The translations under genes and the position numbers were made by a program. Below, piece after piece: positions 30,693 through 41,765 of a stretch of DNA of 64,000 nucleotides. This DNA comes from Nitrospirota bacterium. Its GTDB lineage: Bacteria > Nitrospirota > Thermodesulfovibrionia > Thermodesulfovibrionales > Dissulfurispiraceae. Within the stretch, counting starts at the first letter, position 1, and each line of letters starts with the position of its first letter. The stretch spans positions 320,001 to 384,000 of the forward strand of contig CAWBMP010000002.1 of the NCBI GenBank assembly GCA_963790025.1. Reading direction: 5' to 3'. The notes under the pieces were generated by a model. That model did no database searches. It saw only the letters and a list, made by a program, of their open reading frames with translations, and was not told the origin of the DNA.

Positions 30693-31700
30693 CTAAGATT
30701 TTGAAGTACTGCCTTCAAATTCGGTCATATCAATCCTCATACCGAAACTCAACCCCATGGAGTTGAGGATGTCCTTTATTTCATTGAGGGACTTGCGGCC
30801 AAAATTCTTGGTCTTGAGCATTTCATGTTCGGACCTTTGCACAAGATCGGCAATAGTCTTGATATTCGCATTTTTCAGGCAATTATATGCCCTTACCGAG
30901 AGTTCAAGCTCATCAATGCTTTTCATCATGTTCTCGTTTGTTATCGCGCTCGCCGTGACAACGCTCGCCGTACGGGGCGCCTCTTCGGTAATGCCTTCTT
31001 CTTCGACAAAAATAAAGAGGTCGAGGTGGTCTATCAATATTGAAGCAGCATCGCTTACGGCCCTTTCAGGATTTATGCCGCCATCGGTCCATAACTCCAG
31101 CACCAGACGGTCATAATCAGTCGAACGCCCCACCCTCGCTTTTTCAACCCAGAAATTCACCTTCCTTACAGGAGTGTAAATGGAATCTACCGCAATGACA
31201 TCAACCGGCAGATCTGCTTCCTTATTCAACTCTGCAGGCACATAACCCTTGCCTTTTCTGACATTCAATTCCATCTCGAATGTCGCATTGTTATCTACCG
31301 TAGCAATGTAACAGTCGGGGTTCAAAACCTCAACATTGGAATCGGTCTCTATGTCGGCGCCGGTTACCACCTTGGGCCCTTTTACTTTTATTGTTGCAGT
31401 TTTGGTATCATCTGAGTAAACTCTGAACCTCAGTTTTTTTACGTTAAGCACAATATCGACAACATCCTCTTTTACCGATTTTATGGCAGAGAACTCATGC
31501 AAGACACCCGGCATTCTTATTCCCGTAACTGCAGCACCTTCTATAGAGGAAAGTAAAACCCTGCGAAGCGAATTGCCGATGGTCGTTCCAAACCCACGCT
31601 CAAGCGGCTCCGCAACAAGCTTTCCATAAAAATCCGTCAGGGTCTCTTCTTCAAAAATAATTTTTTTGGGCAGTTGAAAGCCTTTCTTTATAAGATCCAT
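30693..31700 (-). CDS. rpoA: RNA polymerase alpha subunit
   Basis: EPLERGFGTTIGNSLRRVLLSS; ELSVRAYNCL; NFGRKSL. Confidence 0.98.
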   Translation of the reverse strand: MDLIKKGFQLPKKIIFEEETLTDFYGKLVAEPLERGFGTTIGNSLRRVLLSSIEGAAVTGIRMPGVLHEFSAIKSVKEDVVDIVLNVKKLRFRVYSDDTKTATIKVKGPKVVTGADIETDSNVEVLNPDCYIATVDNNATFEMELNVRKGKGYVPAELNKEADLPVDVIAVDSIYTPVRKVNFWVEKARVGRSTDYDRLVLELWTDGGINPERAVSDAASILIDHLDLFIFVEEEGITEEAPRTASVVTASAITNENMMKSIDELELSVRAYNCLKNANIKTIADLVQRSEHEMLKTKNFGRKSLNEIKDILNSMGLSFGMRIDMTEFEGSTSKS

Positions 31701-31755
31701 AATATGGTCTCCTATGCCTTTATTTTAAATGTTTAATTACCATTACCTGGCATAA

Positions 31756-31803
31756 TAACCCCACCCGGCTTCCCCTTAAGTTAAGGGGTGCGAGGAGGGG
31801 TTA
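31756..31803. repeat. REP-like nested palindrome
   Basis: TAACCCC...CCCCTTAA-g-TTAAGGGG...GGGGTTA between rpsD and rpoA. Confidence 0.7.
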
Positions 31804-31817
31804 GCAGGCGAACCCGG

Positions 31818-32444
31818 TTACTTTGAGTAAAGCTCGACAATGAGCTGCTCCTGCACAGGCAATTGTATCTCATCCCGGGCCGGCACTCTTACAAACTTTC
31901 CCGTCAGGCCTTTCGTGTCAACTTCCACCCATCCGGGGAATCCTCTGTGTTCGGCAATAGATAAACTCTCGGTGATGGCCTGGAGTTCCCTGCTCGGTCC
32001 GGCAACGCCGACCATATCGCCATCCTTCATAAGATATGACGGAATATCGACTTTCTTTCCGTTAACAGTAAAATGGCCGTGCCTTACCAATTGCCTCGAT
32101 TCTCTCCGGTTAAGGGCAAAGCCCATTCTGTATACTACGTTATCAAGTCTTCTTTCCAATAACTGGAGCAACAGTTCGCCGGTAATACCCTTCAGCCTGG
32201 AAGCCTTCTCAAAGTAGTTCCTGAACTGGTCTTCCATTATCCAGTATACTCTTCTGACTTTCTGTTTTTCCCTCAATTGCAGTCCATAATCGGAGAGTTT
32301 CCCCCTGCCCTGGCCGTGCTGTCCGGGTGGGTATTTCCGACGCTCCACCCCACATTTCTCGGTAAAGCACCTTGTGCCCTTCAAGAAGAGTTTTTCTCCC
32401 TCTCTTCTGCAAAGCCTGCACAATGGACCCGTGTATCTAGCCAT
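31818..32444 (-). CDS. rpsD: 30S ribosomal protein S4 (N-terminal Cys-rich type)
   Basis: [19 protein letters not shown]. Confidence 0.98.
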   Translation of the reverse strand: MARYTGPLCRLCRREGEKLFLKGTRCFTEKCGVERRKYPPGQHGQGRGKLSDYGLQLREKQKVRRVYWIMEDQFRNYFEKASRLKGITGELLLQLLERRLDNVVYRMGFALNRRESRQLVRHGHFTVNGKKVDIPSYLMKDGDMVGVAGPSRELQAITESLSIAEHRGFPGWVEVDTKGLTGKFVRVPARDEIQLPVQEQLIVELYSK

Positions 32445-32831
32445 TTATACTCTCCTCCTTTTCGGTGGCCTGCAACCATTATGAGGTACCGGCGTAACGT
32501 CCTTTATAAGTGTTATTTCGAGGCCTGCTGCTTGCAGGGCCCTGATTGCAGTCTCTCTTCCGGCCCCGGGGCCTTTGACAAACACATCAACCTGCCTGAG
32601 ACCGACTTCCATTGCCTTTTTAGCTGCCGTCTCGGATGCTATCTGAGCCGCAAAAGGCGTGCCCTTCCTCGATCCTTTGAATCCGAGGCTTCCCGCACTC
32701 GACCACGCAATAACATTTCCCGTAGTATCGGTTATAGTGACGATAGTGTTGTTAAAAGTCGTCTGTATATGAGCAGTGCCGTTTGCAATATGCTTCTTGA
32801 CTTTCTTGCCGACTCTTTTCTTCTGGGCCAT
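32445..32831 (-). CDS. rpsK: 30S ribosomal protein S11
   Basis: [16 protein letters not shown]. Confidence 0.98.
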   Translation of the reverse strand: MAQKKRVGKKVKKHIANGTAHIQTTFNNTIVTITDTTGNVIAWSSAGSLGFKGSRKGTPFAAQIASETAAKKAMEVGLRQVDVFVKGPGAGRETAIRALQAAGLEITLIKDVTPVPHNGCRPPKRRRV

Positions 32832-32847
32832 TATCTAAATGTCCTCC

Positions 32848-33216
32848 TTATGACTTTTTCCTGAGCACAAGCTTCCGCGGGCCACGACGTGTTCTCGCAT
32901 TAGTCTTCGTCCTTTGCCCTCTCACCGGCAAGTGTGCACTATGCCTCATTCCCCTGTAAGATCCAATGTCGGCGAGCCTCTTGACATTCATGGCAATTTC
33001 GCGCCTGAGGTCGCCTTCGACTTTAAATTCCTTTTCTATCCTGCTCCTGATTTTAACGACATCAGCGTCCGTAAGGTCCTTGACCCTTGTGTTCGGATTC
33101 ACATTGATCTCGCTCAATATCTTAATCGACAAGGCCCTTCCAATACCAAATATCCGGGTAAGTCCAATCTCGACACGCTCATTTTTCGGCAGGTCAACGC
33201 CAGCAATTCTTGCCAT
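32848..33216 (-). CDS. rpsM: 30S ribosomal protein S13
   Basis: [24 protein letters not shown]. Confidence 0.98.
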   Translation of the reverse strand: MARIAGVDLPKNERVEIGLTRIFGIGRALSIKILSEINVNPNTRVKDLTDADVVKIRSRIEKEFKVEGDLRREIAMNVKRLADIGSYRGMRHSAHLPVRGQRTKTNARTRRGPRKLVLRKKS

Positions 33217-33305
33217 CCTCTACTCCTTTGTCGTCCATATATTTAGTGTCAAAGTATCAAAGTGTCAAAGACGTTGACTCTCCAACGCTAAAACTGATCA
33301 CTTTC

Positions 33306-33419
33306 TTATCCTTGCCTCTGTTTATGCCTGGGGTTTTCACAGAGGATCCTTACAACACCTTTTCTCTTAACAATCTTGCACTTGGAACATACCGGTTTTA
33401 CAGAAGGCTTTACCTTCAT
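33306..33419 (-). CDS. rpmJ: 50S ribosomal protein L36 (not in ORF track)
   Basis: Manual translation [37 protein letters not shown]. Confidence 0.97.
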   Translation of the reverse strand: MKVKPSVKPVCSKCKIVKRKGVVRILCENPRHKQRQG

Positions 33420-33438
33420 AATCAATCCCCCCAAAATT

Positions 33439-33514
33439 AAGTAAAAAGTGAGAAGTAAAAAGTAAAAAGTGAAAAATGATAAGTCTTTAACTTTTAACTT
33501 TTTACTTTTTACTT
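33439..33514. repeat. Inverted heptamer tandem-repeat spacer (AGTAAAA / TTTTACT)
   Basis: Between infA and rpmJ; reversed copy at 39345-39443. Confidence 0.85.
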
Positions 33515-33727
33515 AAATCTATACGTAATACGGCCTTTGGTAAGGTCATAAGGGGAAAGCTCTATGGTAACTTTATCCCCCGGCAGAATCTTAATAAAAT
33601 GCATGCGCATCTTGCCGGATACGTATGCAAGTATAATCTGGCCGTTTTCGAGTGCAACCCGAAACATGGCATTAGGCAATGTTTCGACAATAGTCCCCTG
33701 CACTTCGATATTTTCTTCTTTAGCCAT
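33509..33727 (-). CDS. infA: Translation initiation factor IF-1
   Basis: [23 protein letters not shown]. Confidence 0.98.
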   Translation of the reverse strand: MAKEENIEVQGTIVETLPNAMFRVALENGQIILAYVSGKMRMHFIKILPGDKVTIELSPYDLTKGRITYRFK

Positions 33728-33754
33728 ATATAAGCTTATAATTATACCTGTCCG

Positions 33755-34504
33755 TCAAACTTTAGTCAAGATTACAGGGGCATTCCGTGTTATTGCAATA
33801 GTATGCTCATAGTGAGCGGATAACCGGCCATCAGCGGTAACTGCGGTCCAGCCGTCGTCCAGTATATTGACATCCGCAGTACCTGCATTAACCATAGGCT
33901 CTATTGCCAATGTCATCCCTGCCTTCAGCCGCGGGCCCACGCCGGGCGCCCCGAAGTTCGGCACTTGAGGGTCCTCATGCAGAGAGCGCCCGATTCCATG
34001 TCCAACGAACGCCCTTACTACAGAAAAACCATTGGACTCTACATACTGCTGAATAGCAGCCGAAATATCCGAAACCCTGTTTCCGGCTATTGCGCGCCCG
34101 ATACCTGCATAAAGGGCCTCTTCGGTCACCGACATCAGTTTACGTGTCTCAATTCCTACATCGCCAACCGGATACGTCATAGCTGCGTCCCCGTAAAACC
34201 CTTCAAGAATTACTCCTAAATCTATACTAATTATATCGCTATTTTTTAATTTGACGACGCTGGATGGTATACCATGCACCACCTGGTCATTTACCGATGT
34301 ACACGTGCTTGCCGGATATCCTCTGTATCCCTTAAATGCGGGAATTGCCTTCCGCTTTTTTATCTGGTCTGTTACGTATTCCTCTATGTCAGCTGTGGTT
34401 ATGTCCTCCGTTATAAAGGACTTGAGGTCGTTCAGAATTTCTGCTACGATACGACAAGCCGCTGCAATTTTTTCTATCTCTTTCTGTGACTTGACAATTA
34501 TCAC
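33755..34504 (-). CDS. map: Type I methionine aminopeptidase
   Basis: VVHGIP, GHGIG..LHEDP, AIEPM, AHYEHT. Confidence 0.97.
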   Translation of the reverse strand: MIIVKSQKEIEKIAAACRIVAEILNDLKSFITEDITTADIEEYVTDQIKKRKAIPAFKGYRGYPASTCTSVNDQVVHGIPSSVVKLKNSDIISIDLGVILEGFYGDAAMTYPVGDVGIETRKLMSVTEEALYAGIGRAIAGNRVSDISAAIQQYVESNGFSVVRAFVGHGIGRSLHEDPQVPNFGAPGVGPRLKAGMTLAIEPMVNAGTADVNILDDGWTAVTADGRLSAHYEHTIAITRNAPVILTKV

Positions 34505-34516
34505 GATGTAGTATTG

Positions 34517-35824
34517 TTAATCTCTTCTGCCCTTCATTTTTCCCTTCTTCAGAAAACCATCGTAAGACCTCGTAACCAGATGAGATTCTATCTGCGAGAC
34601 TGTATCGAGAGCAACGCCCACGGCAATCAACAGGGAAGTCCCGCCAAAGTAGAAGGGGACATTGAACCTCTTAATGAGCAGTTCAGGCATGACACAGACA
34701 ACAGCAAGATAAAATGCTCCAACAAAGGTCAGGCGTGTAAGGACCCGGTAGATGTATTCGGTTGTCTTCTGTCCCGGCCTGATACCGGGGATGAAGCCTC
34801 CATGCTTTTGCAGGTTTTCAGCGATGTCGACGGGATTGAATATCACCGCTGTATAAAAATAGCTGAAGAAGAAGATCATGCCGACATAGAGCAAGGTATA
34901 AACCGGGGTGCCGGGCGACAACTGCTTTGCAATGGCCTGGACCCATGGTACTGCAATGAACCCCGCGATCGTAGCCGGGAACATGATTATCGACGATGCA
35001 AAGATAGGGGGAATAACACCCGCCGTATTTACTTTTAAGGGAAGATGTGTACTCTGACCGCCGAAAACTTTCCTGCCGACAACCCTTTTTGCATACTGTA
35101 CCGGGATCTTCCTTTGGCCCCGCTCAATGTAGATGATGCCGCCAATGACCGCCACCATCAGTATCACAAGCAAAATGACAAAGAATATCGACAGTTCACC
35201 CGCCCTCACCAGGCTACCTGTGCTAAATACCGCATTAGGGAACCTTGCGGCTATACCGGCAAAAATAATAAGTGAGATACCGTTTCCTATACCTCTCTCA
35301 GTTATCTGTTCACCGAGCCACATTAGGAATGCCGTCCCGGAAGTAAGCGTGATCATGGTCAGGATCCTGAAGCCCCAACCAGGGTTCTGGATAAATTGCC
35401 CGCCGGCCATTCCTTCCAGACCTACCGCTATACCGAAGGACTGAATTGCGCCAATGACAACGGTGGCATATCTGGTATATTTGGTGATCCTTTTCCTGCC
35501 GGACTCCCCTTCTTTTGCAAGCTTGCCCAGAGCGGGTATGACCACTGTGAGGAGCTGAAAAATAATCGAAGCGCTGATATACGGCATTATTCCCAGCGCA
35601 AAAATTGTGACCCTCGACAGGGCGCCACCCGAGAACATATCGAAGAAGCCCATCATCGCCCCGCCCTTTTCAGTGAGGAACTTGCTGAGCGCCTCACTGT
35701 TGATGCCGGGTGTGGGAATATGAGCGCCGATTCTGTATACAGCCAACAGGCTGAGTGTAAACAGTACCCTGTTTTTTAATTCGGCAATTTTAAAAATATT
35801 CTGTATGCTGGCGAGCAAGCCCAA
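34517..35824 (-). CDS. secY: Preprotein translocase SecY
   Basis: LGIMPYISASI, GIGNGISL, PGIRPG, GGTSLLI. Confidence 0.98.
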   Translation of the reverse strand: MGLLASIQNIFKIAELKNRVLFTLSLLAVYRIGAHIPTPGINSEALSKFLTEKGGAMMGFFDMFSGGALSRVTIFALGIMPYISASIIFQLLTVVIPALGKLAKEGESGRKRITKYTRYATVVIGAIQSFGIAVGLEGMAGGQFIQNPGWGFRILTMITLTSGTAFLMWLGEQITERGIGNGISLIIFAGIAARFPNAVFSTGSLVRAGELSIFFVILLVILMVAVIGGIIYIERGQRKIPVQYAKRVVGRKVFGGQSTHLPLKVNTAGVIPPIFASSIIMFPATIAGFIAVPWVQAIAKQLSPGTPVYTLLYVGMIFFFSYFYTAVIFNPVDIAENLQKHGGFIPGIRPGQKTTEYIYRVLTRLTFVGAFYLAVVCVMPELLIKRFNVPFYFGGTSLLIAVGVALDTVSQIESHLVTRSYDGFLKKGKMKGRRD

Positions 35825-35826
35825 CG

Positions 35827-36270
35827 TTACAATACCTCGGGCTTTCCGCCGGCCGCATTGATCTTGGATACCGCGGAAGCGCTGAACGCGTGGGCCTTCA
35901 CAACAAGAGGCCTCGTAATGTTCCCCTCGCCGAGTATTTTAATGCCGTCTTTCATTTTTCTTACGATCCTGCGTTCGATCAGAATTTCTGGAGTTACAGT
36001 TTCAACGTCGGCAAGCTTATCAATATCACCCAGGTTAACGATGGCATATTCCTTCTTGAACGGCCTGTTCAGAAACCCTCTCTTGGGAAGTCTCCTCTGA
36101 AGCGGTGTCTGACCACCCTCGAATGCAGGCCCCTTTCCGGCACCGGAACGGGCCTTCTGCCCCTTGTGTCCCTTCGTAGAAGTCTTCCCGTGCCCGGAAC
36201 CCATTCCCCTGCCGATTCTCTTGGGCTTTTTCGTGCTGCCGGGAGCCGGTGTTAAATTCTCTATTCTCAT
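35827..36270 (-). CDS. rplO: 50S ribosomal protein L15
   Basis: [27 protein letters not shown]. Confidence 0.98.
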   Translation of the reverse strand: MRIENLTPAPGSTKKPKRIGRGMGSGHGKTSTKGHKGQKARSGAGKGPAFEGGQTPLQRRLPKRGFLNRPFKKEYAIVNLGDIDKLADVETVTPEILIERRIVRKMKDGIKILGEGNITRPLVVKAHAFSASAVSKINAAGGKPEVL

Positions 36271-36273
36271 CGC

Positions 36274-36813
36274 TTAGCTTTTAACCTCCTGTTGGCTCTC
36301 TTCCTCTACAACAACTTCCCCTTCGGTCTTGCCCCTGAGCTTATTGACCACGTCAGGGTCCATCAGATGGCAGAGCCCGTCCAGCGTCGCTCTGACCGTA
36401 TTAAACGGGTTATGGCCGCCGAGCGATTTTGCAACAATATCGTGAATACCGGCAACTTCAAAGACTGCGCGGACTGCGCCGCCCGCAATAAGCCCCGTGC
36501 CTTTCGGCGCCGGATTCATAACTACCGCATTGGAACCGTACTTTCCAATAATCCTGTGGGTAATGGTGCCTTCTTTTAAGGCAAACCGCATAAGGCGTTT
36601 CTTGGCCTGCTCTACTGCTTTTCGTATTGCTTCAGGGACTTCAGAGGCCTTTCCCTTGCCGACGCCGACAATGCCGTCTCCGCTGCCGACAACAACAAGT
36701 GCGCTGAAGGAAAATCTCCTTCCTCCCTTAACAACCTTCGCAACCCTGTTTATATAGACTACCTTATCTTTTAAATTAAGCCCTTCAGCCTCGATCCTTT
36801 CGGTTCTCACCAT
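36274..36813 (-). CDS. rpsE: 30S ribosomal protein S5
   Basis: [16 protein letters not shown]. Confidence 0.98.
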   Translation of the reverse strand: MVRTERIEAEGLNLKDKVVYINRVAKVVKGGRRFSFSALVVVGSGDGIVGVGKGKASEVPEAIRKAVEQAKKRLMRFALKEGTITHRIIGKYGSNAVVMNPAPKGTGLIAGGAVRAVFEVAGIHDIVAKSLGGHNPFNTVRATLDGLCHLMDPDVVNKLRGKTEGEVVVEEESQQEVKS

Positions 36814-36819
36814 ACCTCC

Positions 36820-37179
36820 TTAGAATTCCAGTCCGCCTTCGCGTGCACCATCAGCGAGGGCTTTCATACGGCCGTGATATATATAACCACCACGGTCAAA
36901 TACAACTTTTTTGACTCCCAGTTGGACTGCCCGCGACGCTATCATCAACCCCACGCGCTTAGCCATCCCGGCGTTACCCTTATGACCGCTTTCATTCCTC
37001 AACTCTTTATCAAGTGTGGAGGCGGCAATAAGCGTATGCCCTTTGCTGTCATCGATAATTTGTGCATATATATGGTTGAGACTCTTGTAAACACAGAGTC
37101 TCGGCCGCTCAACAGTACCGGACACTTTTTTTCTCAATCTCTTATGGCGTCTTTGCCTTGCCTCTTCTTTTACACTCAC
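36820..37179 (-). CDS. rplR: 50S ribosomal protein L18
   Basis: [11 protein letters not shown]...AREGGLEF. Confidence 0.98.
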   Translation of the reverse strand: MSVKEEARQRRHKRLRKKVSGTVERPRLCVYKSLNHIYAQIIDDSKGHTLIAASTLDKELRNESGHKGNAGMAKRVGLMIASRAVQLGVKKVVFDRGGYIYHGRMKALADGAREGGLEF

Positions 37180-37191
37180 AACATCCTCCCT

Positions 37192-37734
37192 CTACTTCTT
37201 TCCTGTTTTCCCGGCCTTCAATTTGATACGCTGGCCCACAAACCTGATTCCCTTTCCTTTATAGGCGTCCGGCGACCTCAGCTCTATTATATTGGCTGCA
37301 ACCTGACCCAGCAACTGCTTATCACTGCCGCTTAGTGTAAGGGTCGTCTGCTTCTCATCGATGGCGGCTTTAATTCCCTCGGGAAGCTGATACTCAACAG
37401 GATGAGAATACCCCAAAGTAAAACTGACCTTGCTCCCCTTCACCTGGGACCGGTACCCTATGCCGATTATTTCCAGGACCCTTGTGTACCCCTGCGAAAC
37501 ACCTGTTACCATATTGGATACAAGGCTTCTGGCAAGGCCGTGGAGCGCCCTGTACGACTTCGAATCGTTGTCCCTTTCGACGAGGACCTTGCCGTCGGAG
37601 ACGGCTATCTTTATGCCTTCGGGAAAGGTATACTTCAGTTCACCCTTAGGTCCTTTAACTTTAATGACATCCTGTTTTACCTGAACATCGATTCCCAGCG
37701 GAATATCTATAGGCTTTTTCCCGACTCGTGACAT
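37192..37734 (-). CDS. rplF: 50S ribosomal protein L6
   Basis: MSRVGKKPI; YKGKGIR. Confidence 0.98.
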   Translation of the reverse strand: MSRVGKKPIDIPLGIDVQVKQDVIKVKGPKGELKYTFPEGIKIAVSDGKVLVERDNDSKSYRALHGLARSLVSNMVTGVSQGYTRVLEIIGIGYRSQVKGSKVSFTLGYSHPVEYQLPEGIKAAIDEKQTTLTLSGSDKQLLGQVAANIIELRSPDAYKGKGIRFVGQRIKLKAGKTGKK

Positions 37735-37749
37735 CTATCTCTCCTCCAA

Positions 37750-37835
37750 AAGCCTGAAGCTACGTGCTAAAAGCTAAGAGCTTTTTTAATATTCAGCTCT
37801 TAGCTATCGACTCTAAGCTCTCAGCTATTTTAGCT
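37750..37835. repeat. Inverted heptamer-periodic spacer (AGCTnnn)
   Basis: aagcctgaagctacgtgctaaaagctaagagct ... agctcttagct...agctctcagct. Confidence 0.7.
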
Positions 37836-38229
37836 ACCAAACGTAACAGAGTACCTCACCACCAACACCTTCCCGACGGCATGTACTGTCGCTGAGAACA
37901 CCCTTCGATGTCGTAAGGACGGCAATCCCAACACCGTCCATGACCTTCGGTACCTCGTCCTTGCCCCTGTAAACTCTCCTGCCAGGCTTGCTGATTCTCT
38001 TCAAACCGCTGATGACCGGTCTGTTGTCAGTTGTATATTTAAGGGTCACACGAAGCATGCCCTGTTTTTTATCTTTTATTATTTTATATGATTTTATAAA
38101 GCCTTCTTCCTTTAAAATCTTTGCCAGTTCAACCTTCATCCTTGATGCAGGGATATCCACCTTTTCGTTCCTGATCAGGAGGGTATTTCTCATTCTGGTA
38201 AGCATGTCAGCAATTGGATCGGTCATCAT
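37834..38229 (-). CDS. rpsH: 30S ribosomal protein S8
   Basis: [20 protein letters not shown]. Confidence 0.97.
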   Translation of the reverse strand: MMTDPIADMLTRMRNTLLIRNEKVDIPASRMKVELAKILKEEGFIKSYKIIKDKKQGMLRVTLKYTTDNRPVISGLKRISKPGRRVYRGKDEVPKVMDGVGIAVLTTSKGVLSDSTCRREGVGGEVLCYVW

Positions 38230-38239
38230 AACTGCACCC

Positions 38240-38425
38240 CTACCAGCTCGATTTTGTGACCCCGGGAATAAAACCCCTGAGGGCAAGTGTCCTGAAGCAT
38301 ATTCTGCAAAGTCCGAACTTCCTCATGTAGCCTCTCGGCCTTCCGCATGACTTGCACCGGTTATAGGTACGTACCTTAAACTTGGGCGCCCTGTTGGATT
38401 TTTCAATTAAACACGTTTTTGCCAC
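38240..38425 (-). CDS. rpsN: 30S ribosomal protein S14 type Z
   Basis: RCKSCGRPR...LCRICFR...GVTKSSW. Confidence 0.97.
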   Translation of the reverse strand: MAKTCLIEKSNRAPKFKVRTYNRCKSCGRPRGYMRKFGLCRICFRTLALRGFIPGVTKSSW

Positions 38426-38460
38426 CAAACTCCTCCTTTATGGGACTGCAAAACAATCCC

Positions 38461-39003
38461 TTATTTTCTGAAAGGGATGCCCATGTGCCTGAGTAATGAT
38501 CTGCATTCGGTATCGCTCTTAGCAGAAGTGCACATGGTTATATCAAGACCATGTACCATTTCGACTTTATCATAATTTATTTCAGGGAATATGTACTGCT
38601 CCTTCAAGCCGAAAGAGTAGTTCCCCCTTCCGTCAAAGGACTTCGTAGACAGCCCCCTGAAATCCCTGATCCTCGGCAGGGAAATATTGATCAGTCTGTC
38701 GAGGAATTCATACATACGTTCGCCCCTTAACGTCACCTTGCATCCGAGCGGAACGCCTTCCTTGAGTTTGAATCCTGCAATCGCCTTCTTCGATTTCGTG
38801 ACCAGCGGCTTCTGCCCGGTAATCACAGTAAGTTCCTTTTCGGCCGTATCAAGGAGCTTGATATTCTGAGTGGCTTCGCCCAGGGTGACATGGACAACAA
38901 TCTTCTGCAGCTTGGGGACCTGCATAATATTCTTATATGAAAATTCTTTCATAACCTCGGGAATAACTTCCTTCGTATATTTTTCCTTCAGACGCGGCGT
39001 CAT
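38461..39003 (-). CDS. rplE: 50S ribosomal protein L5
   Basis: [16 protein letters not shown]. Confidence 0.98.
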   Translation of the reverse strand: MTPRLKEKYTKEVIPEVMKEFSYKNIMQVPKLQKIVVHVTLGEATQNIKLLDTAEKELTVITGQKPLVTKSKKAIAGFKLKEGVPLGCKVTLRGERMYEFLDRLINISLPRIRDFRGLSTKSFDGRGNYSFGLKEQYIFPEINYDKVEMVHGLDITMCTSAKSDTECRSLLRHMGIPFRK

Positions 39004-39005
39004 GA

Positions 39006-39323
39006 CTAATCAAGCACCTCCTTGCACTTCCTGCACGTCCTCAGCTTTTTGCCGTCATCGAGGACCGTATTGCCGATCCTGGTCGGCTTGCTGCATTTCG
39101 GACATAAAAACATTATATTTGAAATATGTATGGGCCCTTCCTTTTCGATGATACCGCCCTGTGCATATTTTTTATTGGGTTTTGTATGCCTTTTAATGAT
39201 ATTGACACCCTCAATTGTCACCCTTTCACTGACAGGAGAAACCGAAAGGACCCTTCCCTTCTTGCCTTTATTTTTTCCGGTCATCACCATGGCGGTGTCG
39301 CCTTTTTTTATTCCTAACCCCAC
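39006..39323 (-). CDS. rplX: 50S ribosomal protein L24
   Basis: KKGD...[21 protein letters not shown]. Confidence 0.97.
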   Translation of the reverse strand: MGLGIKKGDTAMVMTGKNKGKKGRVLSVSPVSERVTIEGVNIIKRHTKPNKKYAQGGIIEKEGPIHISNIMFLCPKCSKPTRIGNTVLDDGKKLRTCRKCKEVLD

Positions 39324-39344
39324 TGTATCCTCCTTCTCAAAGAC

Positions 39345-39443
39345 AAGTAAAAAGTAAAAAGTTAAAGGATTAAAGAAAATATCATCTGTTCGCTTTTTTT
39401 CATTTGTTTTTACTTTTTACTTCTCACTTTTTACTTTTTACTT
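39345..39443. repeat. Inverted heptamer tandem-repeat spacer (AGTAAAA / TTTTACT)
   Basis: Between rplN and rplX; shares exact 30-bp and 20-bp segments (inverted) with 33439-33514. Confidence 0.85.
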
Positions 39444-39447
39444 GCTT

Positions 39448-39816
39448 TTATAACACCTCGGGAGCAAGCGATATGATCTTCATGAATTCCTTCCATCTCA
39501 GCTCTCGTGCAACGGGTCCGAAAATTCTCGTCCCAACAGGCTCCATCTGGGCGTTTAAAAGTACAACTGCGTTCTGGTCAAACCTTATGTATGAGCCATC
39601 AGGACGTCTGGTTTCCTTTTTAGTCCTCACCACAACAGCCTTGGACACAGCACCCTTTTTCACATTACCTTCGGGAATCGCTTCTTTAACGCTCACCACA
39701 ATAATGTCACCAAGCCGGGCATACCTTCTATTAGAACCCCCGAGGACTCTGATACACATTACTCTCTTGGCTCCCGAGTTGTCGGCTACCTCAAGGATGC
39801 TTAAATTCTGTATCAT
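39448..39816 (-). CDS. rplN: 50S ribosomal protein L14
   Basis: [28 protein letters not shown]. Confidence 0.98.
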   Translation of the reverse strand: MIQNLSILEVADNSGAKRVMCIRVLGGSNRRYARLGDIIVVSVKEAIPEGNVKKGAVSKAVVVRTKKETRRPDGSYIRFDQNAVVLLNAQMEPVGTRIFGPVARELRWKEFMKIISLAPEVL

Positions 39817-40065
39817 TTACTTAACCTCGCCTTGAACTATTTTAATTACCTGCCAGCGTTTGTCTCCGCTCAGAGGTCTGCTTTCAACTATCTCGACCAT
39901 ATCGCCCTCTTTACACTTATTCTCCCCGTCGTGAGCTTTGAGCTTTGTAACCTTCTTGACGGTTTTCCTATAGAGAGGATGCTGAAACGTCCTGGTCACC
40001 GCCACCACAACGGTCTTATCCATCTTATCGCTGACTACTTTTCCAGTGTATGTCTTCTTAGGCAT
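39817..40065 (-). CDS. rpsQ: 30S ribosomal protein S17
   Basis: [14 protein letters not shown]. Confidence 0.97.
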   Translation of the reverse strand: MPKKTYTGKVVSDKMDKTVVVAVTRTFQHPLYRKTVKKVTKLKAHDGENKCKEGDMVEIVESRPLSGDKRWQVIKIVQGEVK

Positions 40066-40282
40066 TTATGGCGCCTCCTTTGCCGGTCCCCGCGTGAGGC
40101 TCCTTTTCCGTAATGACCGTCAGTATTTTCGCTATCTCCTTACGCACCGCGCGTACCCTCATATTACTCGGCAATTCGCCAGTCGCAAGCTTAAACCTGA
40201 GGTTGAACAGTTCCTTTCTCAAGTCCATCTCTTTCTGCTTCAATTCCTCTACTGACAACGCCCTTATTTCAGAAGATTTCAT
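40058..40282 (-). CDS. rpmC: 50S ribosomal protein L29
   Basis: [19 protein letters not shown]. Confidence 0.95.
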   Translation of the reverse strand: MKSSEIRALSVEELKQKEMDLRKELFNLRFKLATGELPSNMRVRAVRKEIAKILTVITEKEPHAGTGKGGAINA

Positions 40283-40698
40283 AACTCTGTTACCTCTCTT
40301 CTGACAAATTTCGTAGCGAAAGGCAGTTTCCTTGAGGCCAGCTTGAATGCCTCTTTTGCAATGTCTTCGGAAACCCCGGAAACCTCATACAATACTCTTC
40401 CAGGACTTACCACGGCAACCCAGTATTCGGGATTGCCCTTGCCTTTACCCATTCTGGTCTCAGCAGGCTTTTTCGTTATCGGCTTATCAGGGAAAACCCT
40501 TATCCACACCTTGCAGCCTTTCTTGGCATGGCGCGTTATGGCAACCCTGGCGGCCTCTATCTGGCGGCTGGAAATCCAGCCGGGCTCCATCGCTTTCATA
40601 CCGAATTCGCCGAAACTGACGTCCGAGCCCCGGTACGCCTTGCCGTTCATATTGCCTTTCATTAATTTCCTGAATTTAACTTTTTTTGGTGCCAGCAT
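40279..40698 (-). CDS. rplP: 50S ribosomal protein L16
   Basis: ETRMGKGKG. Confidence 0.98.
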   Translation of the reverse strand: MLAPKKVKFRKLMKGNMNGKAYRGSDVSFGEFGMKAMEPGWISSRQIEAARVAITRHAKKGCKVWIRVFPDKPITKKPAETRMGKGKGNPEYWVAVVSPGRVLYEVSGVSEDIAKEAFKLASRKLPFATKFVRREVTEL

Positions 40699-40713
40699 AT
40701 ATTACTCTCCTAA

Positions 40714-41367
40714 TTATTCGCCTACCAGGGCCGCGGGCTTTTCGGCAAGTATATCGCCATGATACAGCCATACCTTTATACCGATTGCACCGAATGTCGT
40801 CCGTGCCTCTGCAAATCCATAATCTATATTTGCCCTGAAGGTGCTGAGAGGCACCCTGCCTTCCCTGTACCATTCCGTTCTTGCGATTTCAGCCCCGGCC
40901 AGCCTCCCCGAGCACTGCACCTTGATCCCCAGTGCACCGAATCTGACAGCCGACGCCACAGCACGCTTAAGCGCCCTTCTAAAGGCAACCCTCTTTTCCA
41001 GTTGCAATGCTATATTCTCCGACACAAGCTGAGCATCCACTTCCGGTTTCCTGATCTCTTTTATATCAATTGCAACCTGCTTCCCCGTGGCCTCTTCCAG
41101 TTCTTTCTTCAGCTTTTCGACTTCAGCGCCTTTTTTTCCGATAATGATACCCGGTCGGGCTGTATGTATAATAACTTTCAGCTTCTGTCCCGGCCGTTCT
41201 ATCTCCACCCTTGAGACACCGGCATGGAAAAGCTTTTTCTTTATCGACTTACGCACCTCTATATCTTCGAGGAGATACTTCGAGTATCCCTTCTTGAGAA
41301 ACCACCGGGATTCCCATGTCCTTATAATGCCCAGCCTGTTACCGATAGGATTTGTCTTCTGCCCCAA
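40714..41367 (-). CDS. rpsC: 30S ribosomal protein S3 (TTG start)
   Basis: [24 protein letters not shown]. Confidence 0.97.
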   Translation of the reverse strand: MGQKTNPIGNRLGIIRTWESRWFLKKGYSKYLLEDIEVRKSIKKKLFHAGVSRVEIERPGQKLKVIIHTARPGIIIGKKGAEVEKLKKELEEATGKQVAIDIKEIRKPEVDAQLVSENIALQLEKRVAFRRALKRAVASAVRFGALGIKVQCSGRLAGAEIARTEWYREGRVPLSTFRANIDYGFAEARTTFGAIGIKVWLYHGDILAEKPAALVGE

Positions 41368-41424
41368 ATCAACACCCCCCATCGAAGATTTGAAATTTGA
41401 TATTTAAAATTTGATATTTTGGCA

Positions 41425-41760
41425 TTACTCCTCCGAAAGAATAATGGTTATGTGACAAGATCTCTTCTTGAGAACATTGGCCCTTCCCATAGACCTAGGT
41501 TCCATGCGTTTCATAAAGGAAGCACTATCGACAAAAGCCGTTTTTATTTTAAGTTTATCAATGTCTACCTGGGTATTTTTCTGTTCTGCGTTAGACATCG
41601 CCGATTTCAAGAGCTTTTCAACAGAGCGTGCCCCTCTGTATGGCATATATCTGAGTGAAAGCAGCGCCTCGGCCGCCCTTTTCCCCCTGATAAGATCCAC
41701 AACCCTTCTGGCTTTCCTGGCTGTAATTTTCGCATTTCGTAATATTGCTTTCGATACCAT
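41425..41760 (-). CDS. rplV: 50S ribosomal protein L22
   Basis: RKARRVVDLIRG; PRSMGRA. Confidence 0.97.
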   Translation of the reverse strand: MVSKAILRNAKITARKARRVVDLIRGKRAAEALLSLRYMPYRGARSVEKLLKSAMSNAEQKNTQVDIDKLKIKTAFVDSASFMKRMEPRSMGRANVLKKRSCHITIILSEE

Positions 41761-41765
41761 ATCAA

